Assembly: GCA_964404855.1 (NCBI GenBank)
Contig: CAYOLO010000001.1
Span: 595,396 to 659,395, forward strand
Reading direction: 5' to 3'
DNA from: an uncultured Gammaproteobacteria bacterium
GTDB taxonomy: Bacteria; Patescibacteriota; Microgenomatia; CAYQLK01
Length of the DNA: 64,000 bases
Shown: positions 28,379-38,600 of the stretch, in pieces
Layout: the number at the start of each line of letters is the position of its first letter
Numbering within the stretch: position 1 is the stretch's first letter
The notes under the pieces: generated by a model
What the model saw: only the letters and a program-made list of their open reading frames with translations
What the model was told of the DNA's origin: nothing
Database searches by the model: none
Program-made: the position numbers and the translations under genes

Positions 28379-30037
28379 TTAAGAATGCAAATGGGTCAGA
28401 AGTGACTGGCCAGTCATATCGCTTGGTACTGGTATGCCCATAATCTGCAAAGCCGTAGGGGCAATATCAGCTAATTTGCCACTTGGTAGCTCTCTAACTA
28501 CCCCCTGAAATTCTGGAACAACAAAGACTGCTGGAACTGGCGAAGTATTATGTTCCGTGTCGACTTGTTTAGTTTGCGGATCAATCATTATCTCAGCATT
28601 ACCATGATCACTTGTAATAATTACTGCACCATTAAGACTGGATACGGTTTGAACAATTGTTTTAACGCACTCATCCACAAGCATAATACTTTCAACGGTT
28701 TTTTCGATATTGCCAGTGTGCCCAAGCATGTCTGGATTAGCAAAATTAATTACTGCAAAATGATATCTAGCCTGAGAAAGTGTGCGAATAAATGTTTTTG
28801 TAATTGTAACGGCTGACATGGCTGGAGCCATATCGTAGGTCGGCACCTTAACAGAAGGAACCATGACTCGATCTTCACCAGTAAAAGCCTGTTCTCTTCC
28901 ACCATTAAAAAAATAAGTAACGTGAGCATATTTTTCAGTTTCGGCAATATGAACCTGTCTTAGCTCTCGTTCAGAGATGACTCTGGCCATTGGGTTTTTG
29001 ATGTTATTTTCTTCAAATGCAATACCTGATACTGTTAGTTTTTTTTCATAATCTGTCATCGTTACAAAACAAATATTTTTGGCAAAATATGATCTATCAA
29101 ATCCGCTGACGGTTTTTTTTATGACTTCGGCGGTTCCGGCTTTGTGCTCATCTAAAGATTCATCGTTTATCTGTTTAACAAAAGGCACTTTGGCAAGGTC
29201 TTTTAATACGAAGCTTTTGGTAATTTGTCTTACTCTGTCAGGACGAAAATTAAACGAAATAATTGAATCATTATCTTTGACTTGACCAATTGGCGTCCCG
29301 CCAGAGTCAGTTATGACTGTTGGAATAATAAATTCATCTGTAATTTTGTTTTGGTATGAAGATTCAAGCACAACTACAGGATCAGTAGATTTTGGACCGA
29401 CTCCAGAAGCGATTGCTTCGTAGGCTTTTTCGGTTCTTTCCCAACGATTATCTCTGTCCATTGCATAATACCTACCGCTAACTGAGGCGATAGTTCCGAG
29501 ATTTTCAGATCTTAATTTGATCTGCATCTGTTGAACAACTGGCAAGCAACCCATTTGTGGTGAATCCCTTCCGTCAGTAAAAATATGAATTTTGATTTTG
29601 TCTGGTGTAATTCCAAACTGCTTTGCTAAATAAACTAGCGCAAACAAGTGATTAACTGAACTATGTACCTCACCCTGCCCAATTAGCCCCATAAGGTGCA
29701 GATTGCTTTTGTTTTTTTTAGTGTGATTAAGTGCAAGGTGAAAAGCATCGTTGTTAAAAAACATGCCATTTTCAATAGCTAAATTAATTCTAAGCAAATC
29801 TTGATAAACAATTCTGCCCGCACCTAAATTAATATGGCCGACTTCAGAATTACCTGCTTGGCCAGACGGTAAGCCAACGGATTCTCCAGAGGCCAAAAGT
29901 TGTGTGTGAGGATAGGTCGCATAAAGGGCTTTTAAGTAAGGTGTACCAGCTAAAGTTACAGCATTTCCTTCACTTGGCGAAGCGATTCCAAACCCATCCA
30001 GAACGATTAATACTACTGGGCCGTCAAGTCTGCGCAT
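28379..30037 (-). CDS. gpmI: 2,3-bisphosphoglycerate-independent phosphoglycerate mutase
   Basis: 552 aa; PVVLIVLDGFGI N-terminus and metalloenzyme domain. Confidence 0.9.
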   Translation of the reverse strand: MRRLDGPVVLIVLDGFGIASPSEGNAVTLAGTPYLKALYATYPHTQLLASGESVGLPSGQAGNSEVGHINLGAGRIVYQDLLRINLAIENGMFFNNDAFHLALNHTKKNKSNLHLMGLIGQGEVHSSVNHLFALVYLAKQFGITPDKIKIHIFTDGRDSPQMGCLPVVQQMQIKLRSENLGTIASVSGRYYAMDRDNRWERTEKAYEAIASGVGPKSTDPVVVLESSYQNKITDEFIIPTVITDSGGTPIGQVKDNDSIISFNFRPDRVRQITKSFVLKDLAKVPFVKQINDESLDEHKAGTAEVIKKTVSGFDRSYFAKNICFVTMTDYEKKLTVSGIAFEENNIKNPMARVISERELRQVHIAETEKYAHVTYFFNGGREQAFTGEDRVMVPSVKVPTYDMAPAMSAVTITKTFIRTLSQARYHFAVINFANPDMLGHTGNIEKTVESIMLVDECVKTIVQTVSSLNGAVIITSDHGNAEIMIDPQTKQVDTEHNTSPVPAVFVVPEFQGVVRELPSGKLADIAPTALQIMGIPVPSDMTGQSLLTHLHS

Positions 30038-30063
30038 AAAATTTGGTCTTAATTTTTGGCTTT

Positions 30064-31329
30064 TTAGTGATGCGAATATAGTTCGTATTCAATTGATAAA
30101 AGACGGTTGTATTTTGCTACACGTTCACCTCTAGCTGGTGCACCAAGTTTGGCATAATCGGCTCCAAGACCAACGGCAAGGTCGGCAATAAATGAATCAT
30201 TAGTTTCTCCTGACCTGTGTGAAAAAACTGTTTTCCAATTGTTAGTCTTGGCAAGATTGACGACTTCTATTGTCTCGGTTAATGTGCCAACTTGATTGGG
30301 TTTGATCAAAATTGAATTAGCAGCCTTTTTTTCGATTGCGATTTTGAGTTTTTTGGGATTGGTAGATAGCAAATCGTCACCGACTAAGAAAACCTGCGAA
30401 CCAACCTTCTCAGTTAAGGTTACCCACCCATCCCAATCGTCTTCTTCGAGAGGATCTTCCAACGATAAAAGTCTGTACTGACTGACCAAATCAGCATAAT
30501 ATTCTACAAACTCATCGGCAGAAATATTTACCGGCTTGTCTTTAATTTTGTATTGACCATTGCCTCGGTAAAAACTAGTGGCCGCTGCATCCAGACTTAA
30601 AAAGACGTCGGTACCTAGCTGATAATTTGTCTGGCGGATGGCCTCAATTATTACATCGAATGCTTCGGCGTTTACATAGAGATCGGGTGCAAAACCACCT
30701 TCATCGCCGAGGGAATGAATATAGTTTTTGGCAATTAATATTTTTTTGAGCGCATAATATATTTCAACTCCGATTTGAAGCGATTGAGAATAAGTTTTGT
30801 TTTTGGAAGGTACGACCATATATTCCTGAAAGTCCAAATTTCCAGCGCCGTGCTTACCACCATTTAAAATATTAAACATTGGTGTGGGAATAAATAACCC
30901 TGAGGTGTCGTTTTTGTGAAGTTTGGCAATGTAAGCATACAAAGGAAGCTTGGCCTCGATTGAACCCGCTCTGGCAACTGCTAGTGACACAGCAAGAATA
31001 GTATTACCACCGAGATTTTTCTTGTCTTCGGTGCCATCCATTTGTAGCATCAACTTATCAATCTCTTCTTGGTTAAATACACTTTTGCTGACAATTTTTG
31101 GCGCAATTATTTGTGTAACATTGGAGACGGCTTTTAGTACACCTAGGCCATTAAATCTTTTAGGGTCTCCGTCGCGCATTTCAAAAGCTTCGTATTTGCT
31201 ACGAGAAGATCCTGATGGTACCGAGGCGGTTCCCCAAACCCCTGAATCTAATCCTACACTGACCTCTATCGTTGGAACGCCTCGAGAGTCTAGAATTTCA
31301 CGGGCAAATATTTGATTAATTATGGCCAT
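30064..31329 (-). CDS. eno: enolase
   Basis: 421 aa; IFAREILDSRGVPTIEV N-terminus and enolase signature regions. Confidence 0.95.
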   Translation of the reverse strand: MAIINQIFAREILDSRGVPTIEVSVGLDSGVWGTASVPSGSSRSKYEAFEMRDGDPKRFNGLGVLKAVSNVTQIIAPKIVSKSVFNQEEIDKLMLQMDGTEDKKNLGGNTILAVSLAVARAGSIEAKLPLYAYIAKLHKNDTSGLFIPTPMFNILNGGKHGAGNLDFQEYMVVPSKNKTYSQSLQIGVEIYYALKKILIAKNYIHSLGDEGGFAPDLYVNAEAFDVIIEAIRQTNYQLGTDVFLSLDAAATSFYRGNGQYKIKDKPVNISADEFVEYYADLVSQYRLLSLEDPLEEDDWDGWVTLTEKVGSQVFLVGDDLLSTNPKKLKIAIEKKAANSILIKPNQVGTLTETIEVVNLAKTNNWKTVFSHRSGETNDSFIADLAVGLGADYAKLGAPARGERVAKYNRLLSIEYELYSHH

Positions 31330-33616
31330 ATTTTTTCTTTAATTTTGAGTTAATAAAACTTTTTTCTGCATCAGATACGACTTGCCTAGTTAAATCAATT
31401 ACGTCGGGAGTGACTGAAACAGAACTTACTCCCCACTCAACTAACATTTTGGTCAACTCTGGATAAAACGAAGGCGCTTGCCCACAAATACCAGCAGTAA
31501 TTTTATGTTTATTGGCGGTTTTTATTAGTTTTTCTAATGCCCAGAGAACGGCAGGATCAAGCTCAGAGTAGTCTTTGGCGACAGTTTCGTTATCGCGATC
31601 GGTACCAAGAATCAACATAGTTAAATCGTTACTGCCAATACTAATTCCATCTATACCGACCTTAATAAACTCTTCTAGCATTATTACATTCGAGGGAATT
31701 TCGGCCATCATAAAAAACTTAAAACTTGAGTCCCGAAACAGTCCTGCTTTTGAAACAATTCTTCGAACTTGGACTAATTCAGGCACATTGCGCACAAATG
31801 GCACCATTAGATGTAGATTGTTAAGCCCAAATTTTCGAACTTTTTTAATTGCATCTAACTCAAGATTAAACACCGCTGGATCGCTAATATAACGAAAACT
31901 TCCACGGTAACCTAGCATAGGATTGCTCTCTTGCGGTTCGTACGCGTCCCCACCAATAAGATTGCGATACTCGTTGGTTTTGAAATCGCTTGCTCTATAA
32001 ATAACTGGTCTTGGATAAAAAGCTTTGGCAAAACTAAACATACCGTCAGCTAGACTATTGGTGTACTCAATGCTTTTTTTGTCATGAATGGCTTTTTTGG
32101 GATGTACTCCGATTCCACTCATCATAAATTCTGCCCTTAATAGGCCAACTCCGTCGCAATTTTTAACCGCAACTTGAGAAGCTAACTCTGGCTCGGCGAG
32201 ATTGACATAAACCTTGGTGGCAGTCACTAACTCTTCGGGTTTTTTGTAAACCTTAGGATTAACATTAATATGCGTGATATGGGGTGCGCCTTTGTAGACG
32301 ACACCTGCAGAACCATCGACAGTAACAACATGGCCAGTTTTAAGCAGTTTAGTTGCTTTTTCTGTACCAACAACGGCAGGAATTCCAAGTTCTCTGGATA
32401 CAATTGCTGCATGGCTGGTTCGCCCGCCTTTATCTGTAATAACCGCCACCGCTTTTTTCATCCCAGGAACAAAATCTGGATTAGTCATCGAGGTAACCAA
32501 CACATCACCTGGGAGGATTTTATTAATTTCTTTGGGAGAAGAAATAATTTTGACAGGTCCGTAAGCAATACCTGGGGAAGCTGGAGCCCCTTCAAGGATT
32601 AGAGCAAGTTTGGTACTGTGGATATCACTACTGGTTGCTGCCGAAGATTTTTCTGCCCTTTGATTAATCGTGGTAATCGGTCTGGTTTGTGTGATAAAAA
32701 CTTTACCTTTGGAGTATGCCCACTCAATGTCTTGAGGAAAGAAATAATGATTTTCCAAGCCTCTGCCGATTTTGGCGATTTCGACAATAACCTTGTCTGG
32801 TATTTTTTGAGCTGATTGTTTTTGAGAACTAACAGGAATTTTGGATGTGACTGAACCGTGTTTGGAAAGCTGGTTCTTTTGTGTTGAGATAACTTTGTCT
32901 AAGATTTTGTAATCAGACTTCGACACTTCGTAATGATCAGGAGTGGCTTGGCCTTGAACAATCATTTCTCCCAAACCCCAAACGGCCTCTATAATAATTT
33001 TGGTCTTATCGCCAAGGACTGGATCGACCGTAAACATGACACCAGAAACTTCTGATTCGACCATTATCTGAACCGGTACAGCGATACCAACTTTTAACTG
33101 GTCAAATTTTTGCTCTCTACGATAAAAAATAGCTCGAGTTTCGAAAAGAGACGCCCAACATTTTTTGACGTGGTCAACAACCTCATCGGCACCTTTAATA
33201 TTAAGATATGTTGCTTGCTGGCCCGCAAATGATGCTTCTGGTAGATCTTCGGCTGTAGCAGAGGACCTAATTGCAACGTATTTATCTCTTAATCCTGATA
33301 GTTTGCCGTAATAACTGCGAATTTGATGTGCAAGATCATCAGGCATTTTGGCTTGAATAATCAGTTTTTTGATTTGAAGGGACACTTGTTGGATTATTTC
33401 AACATTACTTAAATCAGCATCGTCGAGAATGTTTTTAATTTGTTTCTTGAGGCCAGATGATTCTAAAAAATCAAAGTAGGCTTGAGCCGTGACAATATAA
33501 CCGTTAGGAACGGGCGCTTTGGCTCTTTGCATTTCACCGAGATTTGCACCTTTGCCACCAACAAGACCAATGTCAGATTTGGATACTTCTTTAAACCAAA
33601 CTATGTCGCGATTCAT
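31316..33616 (-). CDS. ppsA: phosphoenolpyruvate synthase (pyruvate, water dikinase)
   Basis: 766 aa. N-terminal GGKGANLGEM, phosphohistidine domain GGRTSHAAIVSRELGIPAVVG, C-terminal PEP-utilizing TIM barrel. Length fits PpsA rather than PPDK. Confidence 0.8.
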   Translation of the reverse strand: MNRDIVWFKEVSKSDIGLVGGKGANLGEMQRAKAPVPNGYIVTAQAYFDFLESSGLKKQIKNILDDADLSNVEIIQQVSLQIKKLIIQAKMPDDLAHQIRSYYGKLSGLRDKYVAIRSSATAEDLPEASFAGQQATYLNIKGADEVVDHVKKCWASLFETRAIFYRREQKFDQLKVGIAVPVQIMVESEVSGVMFTVDPVLGDKTKIIIEAVWGLGEMIVQGQATPDHYEVSKSDYKILDKVISTQKNQLSKHGSVTSKIPVSSQKQSAQKIPDKVIVEIAKIGRGLENHYFFPQDIEWAYSKGKVFITQTRPITTINQRAEKSSAATSSDIHSTKLALILEGAPASPGIAYGPVKIISSPKEINKILPGDVLVTSMTNPDFVPGMKKAVAVITDKGGRTSHAAIVSRELGIPAVVGTEKATKLLKTGHVVTVDGSAGVVYKGAPHITHINVNPKVYKKPEELVTATKVYVNLAEPELASQVAVKNCDGVGLLRAEFMMSGIGVHPKKAIHDKKSIEYTNSLADGMFSFAKAFYPRPVIYRASDFKTNEYRNLIGGDAYEPQESNPMLGYRGSFRYISDPAVFNLELDAIKKVRKFGLNNLHLMVPFVRNVPELVQVRRIVSKAGLFRDSSFKFFMMAEIPSNVIMLEEFIKVGIDGISIGSNDLTMLILGTDRDNETVAKDYSELDPAVLWALEKLIKTANKHKITAGICGQAPSFYPELTKMLVEWGVSSVSVTPDVIDLTRQVVSDAEKSFINSKLKKKYGHN

Positions 33617-33671
33617 ATGGGCAGTTAGCTTTATCTTACAACATATTCGGGGGATGTTTTAAGCGTCAAAT

Positions 33672-34346
33672 TTAGATTGAAACAAGTTCGACCATAAAAT
33701 GCTGACTATAGAGGTCGGGATTGGATGAACTTTTTTCCCTAATTTCAATACTTAACAGTTTCCTATAAAGCCTAATTAGTTGTGAAAGTGTAAATGTTTT
33801 GGCTTGTGACACAAGCTGGTTTTTTTGCCAAGGCTGACCATTAAAACTATCTGGTGAGGTCGTGATAACAATTAAGTCGCGAATACGATTTTGAATCATA
33901 GTCATGACTATTGGTTCAGCCGTATCTGCAAGGTTGAGTTCAAGAAGGTTAATAAAAGTCGAGGCTTTTTGCGGAGTAAGACTGTTGAGTAAATTAAATA
34001 TTTCTGTTCGAGCATCGACATTAAATATTTGCATTTTTTTCTTTAAGGTTGGTGGAATACGGCCAATGTTTTTGCCAACAGCCTCAAAAATTGCAGGGCT
34101 GTCTCCGAGGTTTTTTTCGATTGTTTGCCAAGTTTGTGCGTTGGTTAAAGAAAAATTTACAAAAATAAATACAGTTTGAGAAAACATATCTGTCAGCTGT
34201 AGTTTTTCAGCTAGCTCGCTATTTGTAATTGAAGACAAGTCTATTTCAAGAAAATTAGCACCTGTAAAGGATTTTTTGAGTTCGATAAACTTTTTTCTTG
34301 CTGTGACAGTATCACTGCCAGTAATAAGATAAATATTACTTGCCAT
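33672..34346 (-). CDS. DNA polymerase III delta subunit-like (short)
   Basis: N-terminal IYLITGSD...KKF pattern resembles HolA, but the protein is only 224 aa. Confidence 0.35.
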   Translation of the reverse strand: MASNIYLITGSDTVTARKKFIELKKSFTGANFLEIDLSSITNSELAEKLQLTDMFSQTVFIFVNFSLTNAQTWQTIEKNLGDSPAIFEAVGKNIGRIPPTLKKKMQIFNVDARTEIFNLLNSLTPQKASTFINLLELNLADTAEPIVMTMIQNRIRDLIVITTSPDSFNGQPWQKNQLVSQAKTFTLSQLIRLYRKLLSIEIREKSSSNPDLYSQHFMVELVSI

Positions 34347-34910
34347 TTATTTAAAAGTTAGTGTTTCAAGTAGGTGAGTAATCTGAGTCAAGGTTTGAGC
34401 ACGATCGTTAGTGGTGAACCAAATTGTAATTTGGGGTTTTTTGCCTTGGGCTGGTAGATTCATTGTTAATAGCATTCCACCTCCATCTAATTCAGTTAGA
34501 TTAGCGGAAATCTGCCGACCATCGACTTTAATAATTTTGTTTTGAGTTGGACTAGCTTTTGCTTTTTGTTCATCGGTCAATAAGTAGGGCAGGTTTTGGT
34601 TATAAAAAATCTGCGTGGTTGTTTGATTAAAACTAATTTCAACATAATTTTTGTTTGCAAAGCTGTCGTAATAAACCTGCCAATCAGCTGGAGCAAAGAA
34701 AGTAAGGTTTAGATTATCGATGTTGTTTAAGATAAATCCTTGCTCATCGACTGTTGGAGTAACTTGTTTATTTATTACAACTGGAGTTGGAGCAGTTTGT
34801 GTTGGGGTTGGATTAGGCGAGCTTGTTTGAGCTTTGGTGCAGGACGAAACAACCATTAAACAAGTAATTGTTAAGGTGAGAAACGAAACAATTTTTACTT
34901 TTGATGTCAT
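34347..34910 (-). CDS. lipoprotein of unknown function
   Basis: Signal peptide with lipobox-like VVSSC, followed by a Thr/Pro-rich linker. Confidence 0.5.
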   Translation of the reverse strand: MTSKVKIVSFLTLTITCLMVVSSCTKAQTSSPNPTPTQTAPTPVVINKQVTPTVDEQGFILNNIDNLNLTFFAPADWQVYYDSFANKNYVEISFNQTTTQIFYNQNLPYLLTDEQKAKASPTQNKIIKVDGRQISANLTELDGGGMLLTMNLPAQGKKPQITIWFTTNDRAQTLTQITHLLETLTFK

Positions 34911-34935
34911 TTAAATAAATGTGTTTAGCACTATT

Positions 34936-35604
34936 CTAAACCATTTTTGACTGGGCATAATTGAAATCTTTATGCATCTGCCTAATCATATCTTTTTCAT
35001 TACCCATAATTGAGGTTCGACCATGACCAGGGAATACTTGGGTGCCGTCGGGCAAATCAATTAATTTCATTAGACTATCGAACATTTTTTCTGGTGTAGA
35101 GGTTGGTAAATCTATTCTGCCAATTAAACCTTGAAAAAGAGTGTCGCCAGTAAAAACGCTTTTAAGTTCTGGAGAGTAATAACAAACCGAGCCAGGAGTG
35201 TGTCCAGGTACAGTGATGCATTTGATTTGTATTCCTCCGATGTCAAATGTTTGACCGTCCTCGATTGGTATATCTGCCTTGCCTGCAATAATTGGATAAT
35301 CGAATTTTTTGGCAAAATTACTAAAATCAGTTTCTAATAGACGAACATCATCCTTACCAATAGCAATCTGGACTGTTGAAACAATGTCTTTTATTATGCC
35401 ATTATGCGCCACATGATCAGGGTGATAGTGAGTGTTAAAAATATATTTCAAATGAGCTTGTTCTTTGGCAAATTCATCCAAGATTAAATCAGAGTCCCCA
35501 CCTGGATCGATAACACAGCCAACTTTGGCTTCTCTATCAATAATGATGTAAGGATGAACCCTAATTGGTCCAGAAGTAAACGACTTAACATAAAATTTTT
35601 CCAT
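34936..35604 (-). CDS. MBL-fold metallo-hydrolase (glyoxalase II-like)
   Basis: HTHYHPDH zinc-binding motif and further downstream His/Asp ligands. Confidence 0.85.
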   Translation of the reverse strand: MEKFYVKSFTSGPIRVHPYIIIDREAKVGCVIDPGGDSDLILDEFAKEQAHLKYIFNTHYHPDHVAHNGIIKDIVSTVQIAIGKDDVRLLETDFSNFAKKFDYPIIAGKADIPIEDGQTFDIGGIQIKCITVPGHTPGSVCYYSPELKSVFTGDTLFQGLIGRIDLPTSTPEKMFDSLMKLIDLPDGTQVFPGHGRTSIMGNEKDMIRQMHKDFNYAQSKMV

Positions 35605-35635
35605 ATTTTGATATTTTACGATAAAAAGGATGAAC

Positions 35636-38600
35636 TTAGTTCAGAACGGAAACCGAGTCGAAAGTTGCAGTCGATATTTGTGAGCCGTTGTGTGAGGTGA
35701 CAAATAAACCAATATAAATATTTTCATCCAAACTCACCGTCTTTGCGTCATATAAAACCCAATCTATTCCCGTACTCGAGGTGTAAGCAGAAATTGTATT
35801 GCCGATTCTAACTAATTTAAGGTAAGTATCGGGGAAATTATAAGACAGGCCGTTAGTATTGCTGTTAAAACTATTTTGAAAAGACACACCATTATTTGGA
35901 GTTACCGAAAGCAGTGCATAATCGGATCCAGAAGTAAGCGAGTTTTTGATTATGACTCCTGCCTTGGCCCAATCATTAGTATTGGTTTGAGAGGTAATTC
36001 TGGTTGATATTTCACCATCACCAATAAGTGGCTGATAAACAAATTGGAATTGATCAGCATCAGCCCAAATATCATTACCTGCTCCATTTAATGTAAATAT
36101 TGAACTGTCAAAACCTGCACTTCCTCCAAGTGTTGGATTACCAATATCGGTATTTAGCCAAGGACTTGGCAATGAAGCTATTGGGGTGGTTGAGACAGAT
36201 ACATTATCGAAAGTAACGGTACTAATATTTGAACCGTTATGTGATGTTACAAATAGTCCAATTTTGACATCTTGGTTAAGAGTTACAGTTCTGGTGCCAA
36301 TTAATATCCAACTGACTCCATCAATTGAACTGTAACTCGCAATATTATTTCCATCTCTTTTGAGCTTAAGCCATGCGTTTGGGAATATATAACTAGGTCC
36401 TGCAACTTCACTGTTAAAACCATATTGCATAACGATGCCGTGCGCTGGAGTCACAGCCAATAAAGCATAGCCAGACAGGCTTTGAGTTGAATCTTTAATA
36501 ATTATCCCAGCTTTGGCCCAGTCATTAGTATTGGTCTGAGTTGTAACACGAGTAATAATTTCGCCATTTCCAGATAAGTCTTGACTAACAAAATACATTT
36601 GATCAGCGCTTCCCCATATATCATCCCCCGCGCCTTTAACGGTATAAGTCCCATTAGAATAAGTAGCTGAGCCTAGTAGTTTTGGATTTCCAATATCAGT
36701 ACCAGTAAAAGGTGCAGGCACACCGCTTGGAAGTCCAGTTGAAACTAAACTGACATTATCAAAAGTTGCGGTCGATATTTGTGAGCCGTTGTGTGAGGTG
36801 ACAAACATACCGACAGTAATTGGACCTGAAAAGTTAATAGTTGTTGTGCCAGCAGATGCCCAATTAACCCCATCAGATGAGAGAAAAGAAGTAATTATGT
36901 TGCCTTCTCTAACTAGCCTTACCCAAGCGTTTGGAGAATTGAAACTTCCCCACTCAGATCCTGTATTAAAGTTGGTTTGAAAGGTGTACCCGTGTTGAGG
37001 GGTAACTGCAAAAATTGCATAAGGTGATTGCGGGGTTATGTTTTGTTTAATCATTACCCCTGCTTTTGCCCACCCATTAGTATTAATTGTTTGCGAGGTA
37101 ATTCTGGCGGTTATCTGGCCATTACCGGTAATATTTTGATAAACATACTGAAACTGATCGGATTCTCCCCAAATGTCATCGCCTGCTCCACTTACTGTGA
37201 ATGTTCCTTGATTAAATGTGGAACTACCTACCGTAAGAGGATTACCAACATCAGTATTTTGCCAGAGTCCAGTTAAACCCTGTTTAACAGTTACATTGTC
37301 AAAAACCGAGGTATTAAGTTCATTATATTTATGAGAAGTGACAAACATGCCGATCGTCACATTTTCATTCATAACTATCTCAGTCGAACCAAGCATTACC
37401 CAGTTAATTCCATCTACTGAAGTGTAAGAGGTGAATGTATTGTTAAATCTGACTAACTTAAGCCAAGCGTTGGGGAAGGCGTAACTAGTGCTCCCGTTTT
37501 CTGTATTAAAGCTGTGTTGAAAAGTCACTCCGTTTGCTGGAGTTACAGCGACTAATGCATATTTTGAACCGGAAGTAGCTGTTTCCTTTATCATTATTCC
37601 TGATTTTGCCCAATCGTCTGTATATTCTTGTGAAGTAACACGAGTAATGATTTCCCCGTTACCTGAGAGTGGTTGATAGACATATTGGAATTCATCGGTT
37701 GGCCCCCAAATATCTCCACCAGCTCCATTAATTGAAAATGTTCCGCCAGTATATGAAGCATTGCCAGATATTAGCGGTGTTCCAATATCTATACTAATCC
37801 ATGGAGCAGGTGGAATTTGAAACTCGCTAAAGTTAGCAACGTAAGAAGTATTAACAGATGGAGTAGTAATTGTGTGAGATTGAGTTAGCCCATCAGACCA
37901 ATTAAGAAATTGATAATAATAGTTTAAATAATACTGAGGAGACGGAGCACTCAAAACTCGCTCAACACCAACCACAGCAGATTCTGTATGAACCCCAAAG
38001 TAAGGAATTCCGTCAATTGTATAAGAAACGTTTGGGAAATTTGCGTTAAAGGTTAATGTCACTAAATTAGGATAAATATGTGTTGATGTTTTAGTACTTA
38101 GACCTTGAGAATCTGTAGTTGTCAGTTGGATTTCATACCAAGTGTTAGCCAAGTTGTCTGCTGATTTAGGAATCGTAAATTGTCCTGATCTTTGACCTAA
38201 AACAGGATGCCAAAATGGGTGAATGTGATCACCGTGATGGAAAACAAAATTCCATGAGAAAGCAGAATCAGGAAGTTCTAGATCTTCTGGGTCGCTGCCT
38301 GCTGCAGAATAACTAATTATGTCCCCAGCGTTGTAGTGACTATCAGTAACGGGAGCAATTATAGTCCCTTGAGGCAAACTGTTTCCTACAGTAATTATCA
38401 CTGTTTCAATATCACTCTTGTCGCCATCGGAGATGGTAAGGCTTACATTATGTGTACCATTAACTGTAAAAATATGAGCTGGATTACTATCAGTTGAAGA
38501 ATTGCCGTCACCAAAATCCCAAAGATAACTTAATTCATCACCGTCTGGATCAGATGATTCCGAGGAATCAAAATTAACAGTCAAAGGACCGAGCCCAGCA